Source: Squalus acanthias
Taxonomy: Eukaryota
DNA length: 64,000 nucleotides
Direction: 5' to 3'
Assembly: GCA_030390025.1 (NCBI GenBank)
Contig: CM059447.1
Coordinates: forward strand, 19,220,001 to 19,284,000
Shown here in pieces: positions 12,738 to 25,339 of the stretch. How positions within the stretch are numbered: position 1 is the first letter of the stretch; each line of letters starts with the position of its first letter. The notes beneath the pieces are model-generated. The model was not told the origin of the DNA, did not search any database, and saw nothing but the letters and a program-made list of their open reading frames with translations. The position numbers and the translations under genes are program-made.

Positions 12738-14525
12738 ACAACAACGACTGCTTGTATTTAACGCCTTTAACATAGCAAAACGTCCCAAGGCGCTTCACAG
12801 GAGCGCTATTAAACAAAATTTGACACCGAGCCACAGAAGGAGTTATTAGGGCAGATGAGGCAGGTTTTACGGGGCGTCTTAAAGGAGGAAAGAGAGGCGG
12901 AGGGGTTTAGGGAGGGAATTCCAGAGCTTTGGGCCTAGGCAGCTGAAGGCACGGCCGCCAATGGTGGAGCGATTATAATCAGGGATGCTCAAGAGGTCAG
13001 AATTGGAGGAGCGCAGATATCTCGGGGGTGGGGGGGGGGGGTTGTGGGGCTGGAGGAGGTTACAGAGATAGGGAGGGGCGAGGCCATGGAGGGATTTGAA
13101 AACAAGGATGAGAATTTTGAAACCGAGGCGTTGCTTAACCGGGAGCCAATGTAGGTCACCGAGCTCAGGGGTGATGGGTGAACGGGACTTGGTGCGAGTT
13201 AGGACACGGGCAGCCGAGTGTTGGATCAGCTCAAGTTTACGGAGGGTAGAACTTGGGAGGCCGGCCAGGAGTGCATTGGAATAGTCAAGTCTAGCGGTAA
13301 CAAAGGCATGGATGATGGTTTCAGCAGTGGATGAGCTGAGGCAGGGGCGGAATCAGGCGGTGTTATGGAGGTGGAAATAGGCAGTTTAGTGATGGCGTGG
13401 ATATGTGGTTGGAAGCTCATTTCAGGGTCAAATATGACACTAAGTTTGTGAACAGTCCGGTTCAGTCGCAGACAGTTGCCAGGGAGAGGGATGGAGTCGG
13501 TGGCTAGGGAACGGAGTTTGTGGCGGGGACCGAAGACAATGGCTTCAGTCTTCCCAATATTTAGTTGGAGGAAATTTCTGCTCATCCAGTACTGGATGTC
13601 AATTTAGAGACAGTGGAGGGGTCGAGAGAGGTGGTAGTAAGGTAGAGCTGGATGTCGGCAGCGTTCATGTGGAAACTGACGCTGTGTTTTCAGTTGATTT
13701 CACCAAGGGCAGCATGTAGATGAGAAATAAGAGGGGGCCAAGGATAGATCCTTGGGAGACACCAGAGGTAACGGTGCGGGAGCGGGAAGAGAAGCCATTG
13801 CAGGTGATTCTCTGGCTACGATTAGATAGATAAGAATGGAACCAGGCGAGTGCAGTCCCACCCAGCTGGACGATGGTGGAGAGGCAGTGGAGGAGGATGG
13901 AGTGGTCAACCGTATCAAAGGCTGCAGACAGTTCGAGAAGGCAGAGGAGGGATAGTTTACCTTTGTCACAGTCACAGAGGATGTCATTTGTGACTTTGAT
14001 AAGAGCCGTGGTGGGGCGGAGAACTGATTGGAGGGATTCAAACGTGGAGTTGCGGGAAAGATGGGCACGGATTTGGGAGGCGACAACACGTTCAAGGACT
14101 TTGGAGAGGAAAGGGAAGTTGGAGATGGGGCAGTAGTTTGCAAGGACGGAGGGGGTCAGGGGTTGGTTTTTTGAGGAGAGGGGTGATGACGGCAGATTTG
14201 AAGGAGAGGGGGACAGTACCTGAGGATAGAGAACCGTTAACAATGTCAGCTGACATGGGAGCCAGGAAAGGAAGTTGGGTGGTCAGCAGTTTAGTGGGAA
14301 TAGGGTTGAGGGAGCAGGAAGTGGGTCTCATGGACAAGATGAGCTCGGAGAGGACATGAAGGGAGATCGGAGAGAAACTGAAGAAAGGTGCGAGTTCAGG
14401 GCTAGGGCATGGGGGAACCTTAGAGGAAGTTTGGCCCGGTGGGCTAGGGGAAGGGAGGGAAGTGACAGAGGCAGCTGATCGGATGATCTCAATCTTAGTG
14501 ACAAAGAAGTCCATAAGCTCCTTGC
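12738..14525 (-). mobile_element. L2 LINE, 5'-truncated
   Basis: ORFs 13665-14243 (NYCPISNFPFLSKVLERVV...SAAFDTVDH...GVSQGSILGPLLF) and 13226-13585 (NFLQLNIGKTEAIVFG) are L2 reverse transcriptase. Confidence 0.92.
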
Positions 14526-15844
14526 ACTGTTTTCTCATTCATTCGGGTTGGGGAAACCCTTGCCTCTGTACCATGCTATAACATTTGTCACGGCTGGGTG
14601 CGCTGATGGTGCTTTGGCTTTGTTTAGCTTTTCAGTTCTTGTCTGATTCTGAGTAACTGCAGATGGTATCTTTATACTGAGATCCATATTCTCTGATAAT
14701 ACATCATACACCAGTGTAACTGCATCTTCTACTTCTTGTTCTTCAGTTCAAAAGGGACATTACTTTTGCTAAAGGCAGATCTTCTTCCCCCCCAAAATGC
14801 TAGGAATGTGGGCACTCCTTCCCTCTTGAAATTGAACATCGCCCACCAGATGTGGACTAACTAAAGTTAGGCTGCAGCCTACATCACTCGGGCCTTCTGT
14901 TATATGATCATTTACGATGATCTGGTGGAAATATTTTATGGAATTCACTGCACATTTCTCAGGTCTCACAGCATAATTCAGTCTTCCAGACAGTGCCCCA
15001 GACCCTCCGGGACCAACAGTCATTCACTTTGCATCCCACCTTATTCCAATTCTAACATTCAATGTCCCTAAAATTAGCCTCTGTGATCAGTCCACAGCTC
15101 ATAGCTTTTCGCGTCAGAAAGTTTTATTTGAATTTTTAGCAGGTTAATTTGTGAGTTTTAAAAAATATGTTCTTGGGATGTGGGCGATGTTGGCAACACT
15201 GAATTAATTGCCCTGAGAAGGCAGTGGGCCTTCGCCTGTAGTGATTGTTTGTACAGCTCAGTGTCTTGCTCGGTCACGTTAGTGGCCATTAACAGTCAAC
15301 CACATAGCGGCACATGCCGGCTAGAACAGGTAGTCCCTTGGAATAAAAAACAGTCTCTCTTCATATCCCACAGGTAGGGAGTTTTATGTAAAATAAGTAA
15401 ACCAAAACGCCCACTGAGCTCTTTAATTTAAACTGCCTTCTGAAATCCAGTAAAATCTAAGCAACCACAAAAAAGGACCTGATTTCCGCTTCCTACTATT
15501 ACTTTGGAAGATGAAGGGTAAGTCTTTGTTTCCTCATCAATGATATTGTTTTCATCAAACTCCTTAGTCGTGATTCCACAACGCAGCACTCGAAGTGGAG
15601 AGCGGAGCTGACAGAGAATGCATCTTTGGAAAATTATAAACTGTACACCTGCAATTTCTCGAAGTATTCCCTGCTGAGATCAGTTAACGCCACACAGATT
15701 AGCAATTAGACCTTGGACTTTGTAATCTGTGGTTTAGACCACTCGGTGCTGTCTTTGCTCTTTAACCAGGGAAGCTAAAAATAATGTTTTATCCTTTCGA
15801 TCTCTTTTCAGAAATGACTAAAGGAAATATAACAACATTCAAGA

Positions 15845-17260
15845 TCACAAGGTACATAAGGATGAAGAAGGCCATTTGGCCCATCTTAAGTCATCCATCC
15901 AGAACAACCCTAAACTTCCCTAATTGCTGCATCCAATTGATTCTTAAATGATTCCCGGGTTTTTGCCTCTCTGCCCAGAAATCCAATCCTAGTGTTGATC
16001 ACTCTGCATGAAGAAGAACCTCCTGATATTAATCCTAAAAGTACGTTTACTAGTTTGAACCTGTTTCCCCTCGTCCTACGCCCACTGTTTATTTTAAAGT
16101 AGTATTCCGGATTAACCTTTTCAATACCATTTACTATCTTAGATACCGCTATATGATTGCCTCTCAGGGGCCTCATTTCCAAGCTAAAAGCCCAAGTCTC
16201 TCCCGTCTTTCCTCAGACTCCTCACACAATATTTATCCCTCAATCAACATCACTAAAACAGATTATCTGGTCACTATCACATTGCTGTTTGTGGGAGCTT
16301 GCTGTGCGCAATATTGGCTGCCGCGTTTCCTACTTTACAACAGTGACTACACTTCAAAAAGTACTTCATTAGCTGTAAAGCGCTTTGGGATGTCTGGTGG
16401 TCGTGAAAGGCGCTGTAGAAATGCAAGTCTTTCTTAGGGATCAACCTTGTGGATCTTCTCTGCATTGCGTCCAGTGCTTGAATGTCTCCCTTGTATCTCA
16501 ACAAGTACAACTGGACACAGTACTCGAGGTATGGTCTGAATAGAACACTGTACAGTTTGATCACAACTTCCTCTGACTTGCAGTTTAACATTCTATTGGC
16601 TTTGTTGATTTGTTTTTGCACTGGTTGGTCATGTTGAGGTTTGAGTGTACTCAGACTCCTAGGTCTCTTTCAACTTCAGTCTTGGCTACTTCAACATCAT
16701 GCATGGCGTACATGTGCCATCCATGTTTCCTTCCTATGTGCAATTAGTTACACTCGTCTGCATTTAATTGCACCTGCCATTGTTTGGCCCATTCACATAT
16801 TTTGATTAGTTCATTCTGTGGTTTCAGGGCTATCTCCTTTGATTCCTCCTCCCCCCTCCAAATTTGGTATCATCTGCCAATTTGACCAATTTGCATTGAA
16901 TCTCTGAATCCAAGTCTTTGATATAAATTAGAAACTGCCGTGCAACCAATACTGAGCATTGGTGCTACCCCACTCAGTACTTCCTCCCACCCTGATATCA
17001 CCCTTCTAACCAGTACACTTTGTTTCCTACCCTTCAGCCAATTTCTTATCCGTACCTAAGCTTTGCCTTGAATCGCCATAGCTTTGAGCATAATTAATAA
17101 CGTTTCGTGTGGAAATTTATCAAATGCCATTTGGAAATCTAAGTATACAACTTTGTAGAGTTTCCACAGTCAACTTGGCTTGTCACTTCCTCAAAGAAAT
17201 CAAGGAGGGTGATCAGTTTGGATCTTTGCCATCTAAAACCATGCTGGCTTTTGTTTGTTA
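15845..17260 (-). mobile_element. Degenerate CR1 LINE with an internal Deu-SINE fragment (16226-16433, +)
   Basis: LFRPYLEYCVQ, RRTRGNRFKL and other CR1 ORF2 motifs; the SINE body interrupts it. Confidence 0.85.
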
Positions 17261-17389
17261 GACATAAAACATTAAACCTACATTCCTTTCTCCAAGATGC
17301 TGCCTGACCAGCTGAGTGTTGCCTGCATTTTCTGTTTCTACGGCATTTCCTGACCTAGAGAATGCACAAGAAAATACCTAATAGATTAG

Positions 17390-17712
17390 AAGCAAAATAC
17401 GGTGAACACTGGAAACCTGAAATAAAATCAGGAAATGCTGGAAACACTCAGCAGGTCAGGCAGCATCTGTGGAGCGAGAAACGGAGTTAACGTTTCAGGT
17501 CGCTGAGCTTTCATCAGAACTGGAAGATGTTAGAGATTAACAGCTGTAAGCAAATACAGAGCCAGGGAATAAAGAAGGGGGGGGGGGGGGAGCAGGAAAA
17601 GAATAAAGGGGAAGGTCTGTGATAAGGTGGAGGGCAGGAGTGATTAAATGACAAAAGGTCAGTGCAAAAGGGACTGATAATAGGACAAGTAAAGAAACAA
17701 ATGATAGGTCCA
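17390..17712 (-). mobile_element. Penelope-like element fragment with minimal hammerhead motif
   Basis: Minus strand AGTT-CTGATGA-A-AGCTC-AGC-GACCT-GAAA-CGTT-AACT (17521-17485), followed by the ctccacagatgctgcc terminus. Confidence 0.65.
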
Positions 17713-17720
17713 AAAAAAAA

Positions 17721-18105
17721 GACTTGCATTTATATAGCACCTTTCATAACCTCAGGATGTCCCGAAGCAGTTTACAGCCAATGAAGTACTTTTTGAAGTG
17801 TGGTCACTGCTGTAATGTAGGAAATGTGGCAGTCAATCTGCGCACAGCAAGCTCCCACAAACAGCAATGTGATAATGACCAGATAATCTGTTTTTGTTAT
17901 GTTGATTGAGGGATAAGTATTGGCCAGGACACCGGGGAGAACTCCCCTGCTCTTCTTCGAAATTGTGCCATGGGATCTTTTACATCCACCTGAGAGAGCA
18001 GACGGGGCCTCGGTTTAACGTCTCATCTGAAAGACGGCACCTCCGACAGTGCAGCACTCCCTCAGCACTGCACTGGAGTGTCAGGCTAGATTTTTGTGCT
18101 CAAAT
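17721..18105 (-). mobile_element. Deu-domain SINE
   Basis: Reverse complement of the family body and tail. Confidence 0.88.
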
Positions 18106-19202
18106 CTCTGGAGGGAATCTTAAGGAGGTGTAAATGGCTATAGCAGAATACCAAAATGGGAGGGTAGCGTGAAAAATGTGGTAAAGAGGCGAAGGCTCCC
18201 GTGGCTCGGGAATGTGGCAGAAGAAATATAGATAGACCCTTTGGGTTGTGGACCACCCCGCCGGCCATGTGCCTAATATATCTCTGTCTTTGACACTCTG
18301 GAGGTAGAGAAGAATGATATGCTCAATAATTTTCTCTCCCTGCATGAGAAGAAATTTGTAGTAAGGCTGAGCTTCGGTGCTTGGTTGTTTTATGTTTTGA
18401 GTCAACTGAATTTCATTAAATTAAATGTAAATTTTGGGTTTTCACACACAACAGTGGAATTTTCTCACTGTAAGCAAGTGTTTCACTGTTTTCACAAGGT
18501 CAGCCTGTGTTACAGAATGTCCTTCACACATATTTAATATTGTTGGGAAAAGATGTACATTTAGATGCTGCAAAGAATGATGAGTTATGAAAGACCTTTT
18601 TAAAATCAAGGCCAATGATAGAAGATTCATGATTAGTTTGTATGAATACATTGTAGTGTCTTGCCCTCCTCTTCATGTACATTTTAGAGGTCACTGGTTC
18701 AGATCATGTAATTTAATTCTTACACAAAGTTATTAAAGATGAATGAAAATCAAAAAGTTTGAGATTTGATTGAAACTGCAGTTAATGATAGCCAGCTATG
18801 AAACCAACAGATAAATTTGCTTACAAGCCTCAACTGAATTACAAAGTTAATATCTAACTGTGATTTATTTAGTCAATAAGTTTATTAAGTAAAAATAACC
18901 ATGCCGCTATACTAAGAAACACAGTAACAAATTGACAATAGACAATAGGTTTGGTACAGCAACTGTAAAAGTAATGATTTTATTTTAAATTGAATTTAAT
19001 ACTACAATTTTTGTCTTAATGAACAGCACAAACTCATTTCATGCGTGAATCATAAAGTATAATGCTATTTAAATAGCATTAGATACAGTGTTGCATAAAT
19101 TTCCCCCCCAACATTACAATAGATTCAATTATCACAATTCTACATTTAAAAAAAACCACACAGATTAAAGTGGGCAAGTTATTTATGTAGTATTATTATT
19201 CA

Positions 19203-19720
19203 GCAGGGTTCCCACAGGTGTATGGAGCAATTGCTAGATCGTGCATGACACTCAAAGCCCTATATAATGACCATCTCAATTTTATGAATAGGAAAATCTT
19301 TCATTCTATTAATGTCCAGCTAGTGCGCAATGCCACTCACCTTATCCTACTTGTCAATGCCAAGTACCCAGGAAGCTGCCATGATGTTTTCATCATGTGA
19401 TAGTCCATCATTTCAGCCCTCATTACAGAGCCATGTATTCAGATGGTTGATTGGTAATTAGGACTACCTCCTGCTGTCATGGCTAATGACTCCAGTAAGG
19501 CTTTTACAGACAGAACGAGGCAACAGATACATTGAGGCCCATGTCACTACAAGAAGTGTCATAGAACAGACTTTAGGAATGATCAAATGTGATGGATCCC
19601 CGCAGCACAGCCCAGAAAGAGTCTCAAGAATCATTGTAGCTTGCTTCGTTCTTCATAACATGGCAATGAAGAATGGCTTGCTGCTTCCGGAAGCTAAAGG
19701 CGATGATGAAGAAGAGGAGG
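19203..19720 (+). pseudogene. PIF/Harbinger DDE transposase (HARBI1-like) fossil
   Basis: AGFPQVYGAI, NRKIFHSINVQLV, AKYPGSCHD, YLLLSWLMTP, HVTTRSVIEQTLGMIK and SPERVSRIIVACFVLHNMA are Harbinger transposase motifs; contains stops and frameshifts. Confidence 0.88.
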
Positions 19721-21099
19721 TGGAAGGTCTTCTCTCCCCCACAGCATGTGAAGGGTGCGCAGGAAGGAGAGGATGTGGGACAGGACAGCCACCAGTCAAT
19801 AACTGTCAAGAGTTCAGAGAAAGAAGGTGCAATTGACAGCTCACTGCTTTTAATAAACAAAGGTGCACTCACCAAATAAAGTCACTTCACACCTCACAAA
19901 CTCCCTCACTGTCGAAGACTTCTGCCAAGTTCCTTCATAAGACAAAAAAAATCTACATTTCCCCGACTTCATGCCAACTCCGCCCCACCCCCAAAACCTG
20001 AAAGCATCTACAGAAATGACCTCAGAACTTTGTACAGAAGCTGTGCTTACTTCACACATTTTCTCCAAAAAGTGCCAACAATTCCAATCACCTTATCTAC
20101 AGCTACTTCTTAAACTGCATCTCACCTTTGTGCTAGGAAACTTATTTGCTTGTGCTCCTAATTTACTGCTTCAATGAAGTGCTCCCTGATTGAGATGGAG
20201 TTGAGGTGGGTGGCTGGGATAGTCCCTCTGGAGCATTAGAAGCCTGAGGTGACTCTCGTCGCAGGGAAGCAGCTGCCCTGGGGTATCGGCTTCGGGTTGT
20301 TTCCCTTGCAGGGTGCCAGGCCCACATCTGTAGTCTGTAGTCTGTAGTTGGTCAATGAAAGTACAGGACAAATAATTGTAACCAGGTCTTGAAAATCTCG
20401 TGAAAGTGTCCTGTTCAGGGCACTATTAGCTGGCATTCCTTAGTACTGTAGTTGTTCTTAGCATCTTGATACTGCAAAAATCTGCTGGGCTCTCACAGTC
20501 TCCAGGGTGTTCTGCAGGTCGTGGGAAACTTTCCCGCAATGCGTTGAAGACTCATGTGGAGCATAAGCACTGGCGTAGAGCTGTTGGGCCGAATGGCCTG
20601 TTCCTGTGCTATAAATACTTTATAAGATACAGGTAGTGGACTACTCCCATTTATCCATCATTTCCATCATGTGTATAGAAACGTTCTTCAGTGCCTCCAT
20701 GAGATTGATGCTCCCTAGTCATAGGTCTTTTGAAGAGTGGACCCCTGAGATCTGGGTCCCTAAGCTCCTCAGTCAAGGGTGGTAATTTCTCCGCCCCCCC
20801 ACCCCCTTGGAGCAACGGCACTCTTGTCCTCAATCTCACTGGTGCTCAGTGCTTCACCCAGTGACAATCCTCCAGACTACTAGTTACTTCCTCCCGAGTG
20901 GGTGTCTCTGTGCTGGTGCTTGCGCAGGTATGACATCACGATACAGTTGGTGAGAGAGTAGCAGCAGTGAGGCTGTCGGTCTGGCAGGCAATCCCCCATT
21001 GAAAGTACCTGGGTGCTCATCATGTTGATCAGCTTCTTCCTGTAAGGCACCCCTTATGTTGTGAAATGCAGAAAAGCTTGTTTATCTGGGCATTCAGAA

Positions 21100-21445
21100 A
21101 CATTCCCTCTTGAAGCCCCACTCCAGCACAAAATGTAGGTTGATAGTTCAATACAGTACTGAGGGAGCACTGCACTGTTGGAGGCCACATCTGCCCTCTC
21201 ACATGAATGTAAACGATCGCATGTCACTTCAAATATGAACAGGGGAGCTCCCCTGGTGTTCTAGCCAACATTTATCCCTCAACCAACACCAGATTACTGG
21301 TCAATTATCTCACTGCTGTTTGTGGAACCTTGTAGTACACAAATGTTACCCTGCATTTCCCTACATTACAACAATGACTACACTTAAATTATTTCATTGG
21401 CTGTGAAATGCTTTGGGAAGTTAAATATAAATGCAAGCTCTTTCT
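21100..21445 (+). mobile_element. Diverged Deu-domain SINE
   Basis: cagtactgagggagcactgcactg, tttatccctcaaccaac, ctacattacaacaatgactaca and aatgcaag tail. Confidence 0.8.
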
Positions 21446-21823
21446 TCAAAGAAATCGTTGCTGAGTGTAAGGGCATTTCAATACTTTTGAGAAAATACAT
21501 TAAGCTGACACTACCTATGATTAACATTGCCCAACTTTTACCAACCTTCTGTTGCCACCTCGCTTCCAACCTTGCCCTTTCCCACAGATTCTCCTGTCTC
21601 TATGCCCACAGTGTGCAGTGTCTCCTTGTCATGTGCACTCAGGGTTTTCAGCATAGCTGCTTCTCCTCCAGTTGTAGTTCTTTGGCGTTGATTGTCCTTT
21701 GGAGGGACATGTGAGTGACATAGATACTTTCCCCCATCTAAGTGCATGCATCCCATGATAAAGTCCTTTTAAATCAAGTGTTTGTGAAGACTAGAGGTAG
21801 CCCTTGTGCGGTCAATGTGAGTG

Positions 21824-21926
21824 TATTGTAATTCCTCGTCTTTGCAGTTGTTGCTGAATGTTTCTGTTTTGTTCCAGTTTCAGGAAGGTGGTAAGGTTTT
21901 GCTGTGGACTTTAGCGTTAGCTCCTT
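21824..21926 (-). pseudogene. Diverged duplicate of the CCDC57 terminal coding exon
   Basis: Aligns to 25142-25249 with 11 mismatches in 103 nt and a 5-nt deletion (hand count). Confidence 0.85.
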
Positions 21927-21989
21927 TATCCAGTGCGGTTAAGGTATCCCCATTTCCTAATCTGTGCTGAAGTACTTCATCTCAGCCGG

Positions 21990-22378
21990 GTAGTAAACCA
22001 TCTTCACATATAATGAATTGCTTTGAAGTGCAGTGACTGTTGTGGAAGCCATTGTGATTACAGCAAGATCTCACAAAATACAATATGATGAATGACCAGT
22101 AAATATGATTTTTTTGCTGGTGTTGGTGAGGGAGCAATGTTGGGCAGGACACTGGGAGAACTCCCTGCATTTCTTTAGTGTCATTGGATCTTTCATATCC
22201 ATCTGTACCACTGGAACAGGGCCTTGGTTTAAAATCTCATCTAATGAATGGCACCTCTCTCAATGCAGTACTCCCTCAGAATTGCACTGGAGTGTCAGCC
22301 AAGATTACACAGAAGTGGAGTTTGAACCCACAAACCCCTGATTCAGAAGTGACATTGTTACCAATTGAGCCACACTAA
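21990..22378 (-). mobile_element. Diverged Deu-domain SINE
   Basis: gcactggagtgtcagcc, tttgaacccacaaacccctgattcaga and ccaattgagccac are the reverse-complement head. Confidence 0.75.
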
Positions 22379-23344
22379 TAATTTCTAGACTATGTGCTTG
22401 TATCTGCCCAAGGGGAAGGGGGAAGAGAGGTTCTCCTTAAGTCAAACAAGTTTCAGGCAGAGTTTTACTGTGCACATAGCATTTCAGTGGTGTAGGAGCC
22501 CTGCAGGTATGTTAAGATGGCTGACGATTGCAGTTATGCTCCCATATCATTCATAGCCCTCTCGTGCTTAACATTCTGTTCATAGTTTCACAGCAAAATA
22601 ACGATGATACTTATCGTGGCCAGTTTTTGTTATATGGGAGAATTTTGCTTTTAATTTTTTTTAAATACTTACTTTGATTTTACAAAAATACCACTTCCAA
22701 GATATAAGAATGTTTGCAATCTGCCAATTTGTTTCTCTTGTGCTTTTGATTTGCACCACTGGTACTGCTGAGGAACTGTTCCAGTGAGTTCTTACTGATG
22801 ATACCTGCAATGTATGCCTCAAGTCTTAACTTTTATTTTGAAATACAATTCTGCAGTAACTGATATTGGGATAGTAATACTGTATGGAGCAATACAGAAA
22901 TAAGTTCATAAATAGCTTGAAGGTCTGAAAAATTAATGCACCAAACCACACTATCTGAAGAGCAGATAATGCGATATAGGAAAGTACAGCGAGGGAATTT
23001 ATGTCAGCACTGGATAGAAAACCAGTTCAGAGCTTTCTGATATATTAAATCCCCTGGCAGAAGATGGCATTTCCTGTTATGGTCTATTCCATATGGTATC
23101 CTTTGCGAGAAAGGTCTTGGCTATTTGTAACAATTTGCATTTATTATACAGCAGAGGTTTCCTTTTGAAAGCAAAATTCACACATTCACCAATAATTTAA
23201 CTCTCAACAGCAGAGATGCAATTAGAAAAACAATTTTAAATGATATAAAACATCTGTGCTGTCGTGGAACAATTCTAGCTGTTCATTCCAAGAGACCATT
23301 TTAAAATAGGATTTAAAAAGCAGTCTGGTAGAAAAGGGTCCAAA

Positions 23345-23560
23345 AGTCCAAAAATGCTGGAAACACTCAGCAGGTCAGGAAGCATCTGTGGTGAGAGGAA
23401 GGTAAGGTTAATGTTTGAGCTTGATGATCTTTTGTCAGAACCCAAAAGGTTATCGGTCTGAAACATTAGCCTACCTTCCTCTCCACAGATGCTGCCTGAC
23501 TAGCTGAGTATTTCCAGCATTTTCTGATTTTATTTCAGATTTCCAGAAGCTGCAGTGTTT
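23345..23560. mobile_element. Penelope-like inverted-repeat terminus
   Basis: aaaatgctggaaacactcagcaggtcagg..catctgtgg and ccacagatgctgcctgac..ctgagtatttccagcatttt form imperfect inverted arms. Confidence 0.65.
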
Positions 23561-23954
23561 TACTTTTAGTTCCATACGTAAAGTGTTTGAGCCCAACCAT
23601 GCGAAGAGTTTGGGGCCTTCAGGTTGACACTTCAGTGCAATGGTCCTATTTGGAGAAGTTTCACCAGTTGGTCGGACTTCCGGGAATTCTGTGTCAAAGC
23701 GAACTCGTCCTGCTCTGGAAAACACACCCCTTCTTCATAAATCCTGAAATGGTACCAAGGCCACTCATAGTTTGTGGCCTAGGTGTGTGGCTTTCAAAAT
23801 TTTCTGAGTGGAGAACCCCCTGCAAATATTGACATTGTTGGGAACCACCTATCCTAATATCTGAAAAACAGTGTCAGACACACAAATAGAAAATTATTAG
23901 TATGCAGCAACAGAAACAACACACTAGTGAGCAGACATACAGAATACTGCTGGA

Positions 23955-24508
23955 TAGAGATCTGGTTTTTGGCCTCCGTTTCTCGGCTGGCATCCAGCCA
24001 GATTGAGAGGTTGGCTGGCTGTCAGGTGGGAAGGCCTGCGCTAGAAGGCCGCAGCCAGGGACCAGAGAGGAGGGAAGAGATCGTGGAGGAAGTAGATCAT
24101 TGGGATGGGGGGGGGGGGGGGGGGGGGGAGGCCGATCGCGGCAGGATGGCTTGGGGAGCCGGGGAGAAGCACACCTGCTTCTCCTGGAACACAAGCAGTG
24201 CTATAAAAAGCACTTACCAACTGGATCCAGTAGTTCTCTCCTTCCTTTAGCTGCCAGGTTTCCCGAGCACTGGGAAACCCGGCCCGCAGCCGTTAAAATC
24301 TAATAGGCTGCTAAAATCTGAGGCACATAGCCTCATTAACATATTAAAATTACTGACCCGCCTCTCGAGAGCAGGTTATTCGCCCGCCCCCTCAACCCAC
24401 CCCGGATAAACTGGAAAGGGGCGCGTTCGTGGTAGGTTGGGGTCGGGTTTCAGATTTGTAAGAATTTAACTCCCACCCCTCGTCCTGAGGGGTTAAAATT
24501 CTTCCCAA
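23955..24508. mobile_element. GC-rich non-autonomous DNA transposon, probably Harbinger MITE (partial)
   Basis: Ends ggggttaaaattcttccc, similar to the Harbinger MITE termini in this window; no left TIR seen. Confidence 0.45.
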
Positions 24509-24509
24509 T

Positions 24510-24985
24510 TACTTTATGAAATGAAAGTGCTAGATGGGCTAATCCAGCTCAAAACAAATAAATCCCTAGAGATAGATCGTATTTATCTCAGAGTACTGAA
24601 AGAGACCAGGGAAGAGATTTGTGAAGCACTGACAATCATTATAAGAAAGGCAATGGACACTGGGGAGGTACCAAAAGATTGAAAACATGCTAATGTGATG
24701 CCCATATACAAAAAGGTGACAAAACAGACAGAGTCAATTACATTTGTCTTACTTCCATTCCATGTAAAATAATCAAATTGATTATCGGGAGAAAGGCTCA
24801 GGATTATCTGTGCAACAATAATCTAGTAAACAACAGTCGACATGGATTCAGAATGGGAAGATCCTGCCTGACCAGCCTCCTTGACCTCTTTGCGGAAGAG
24901 ACAGCCCAACTGGACTGTGGTAAGCCCTATGACATGATATTCTTGATCCGAATGCATTTGACAAAGTTCCTACTACGCTGGTGAA
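24510..24985 (+). mobile_element. Degenerate CR1 ORF2 fragment
   Basis: RHGFRMGRSCLTSLLDLF matches CR1 RT domain 3. Confidence 0.8.
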
Positions 24986-25130
24986 ATTAAGCCTGTAATA
25001 ATCCTGAAGTGTGTGGTTGGTTTCAGGAATTGTAGAGTGGCCATTTTAGGACATGCAGTGTGGGAAAAAATCCTGTCTGGTATTTGTAACACTTATACTT
25101 TTTGCTTCAGGTTGTAGTTCATGAGAGTCT

Positions 25131-25339
25131 TTAGTCACGTATATTGTAATTTCTAATCTTTGCAGTTTTTGTTGAATGTTTCTGTTTTGTTCCAGTATCA
25201 GTTAAGTGGTGAGGTTTTGTCTTGCTGTGGACTTTAGCTTTAGCTCCTTGCATGGCGTACATTGGTTCCATTCCAGCTTTCTTTATGGCAACAGTGTCTT
25301 GCACTGACGGCATCGATCCTGTGTTATTCCCAACATTAT
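25131..25339 (-). CDS. CCDC57: CCDC57 terminal coding exon (DNVGNNTGSMPSVQD...KTAKIRNYNIRD*)
   Basis: Acceptor tttttttctag; phase-1 start fits exon 39868-40120; C-terminal KIRNYNIRD matches the CCDC57 end (human KIRNYNIMD); TAA stop. Confidence 0.9.

Noticed and set aside
19203-19836. Domesticated HARBI1 gene
   Set aside because: Stops, frameshifts and loss of the first catalytic Asp (GAIA instead of GAID) indicate a dead transposon copy.
22690-22805. Possible extra minus-strand exon (GIISKNSLEQF...)
   Set aside because: Weak polypyrimidine tract, lies beyond the stop codon, and shows no recognisable homology.
24100-24130. G-quadruplex or poly-G regulatory element
   Set aside because: A homopolymer run inside a MITE; common and prone to assembly error.
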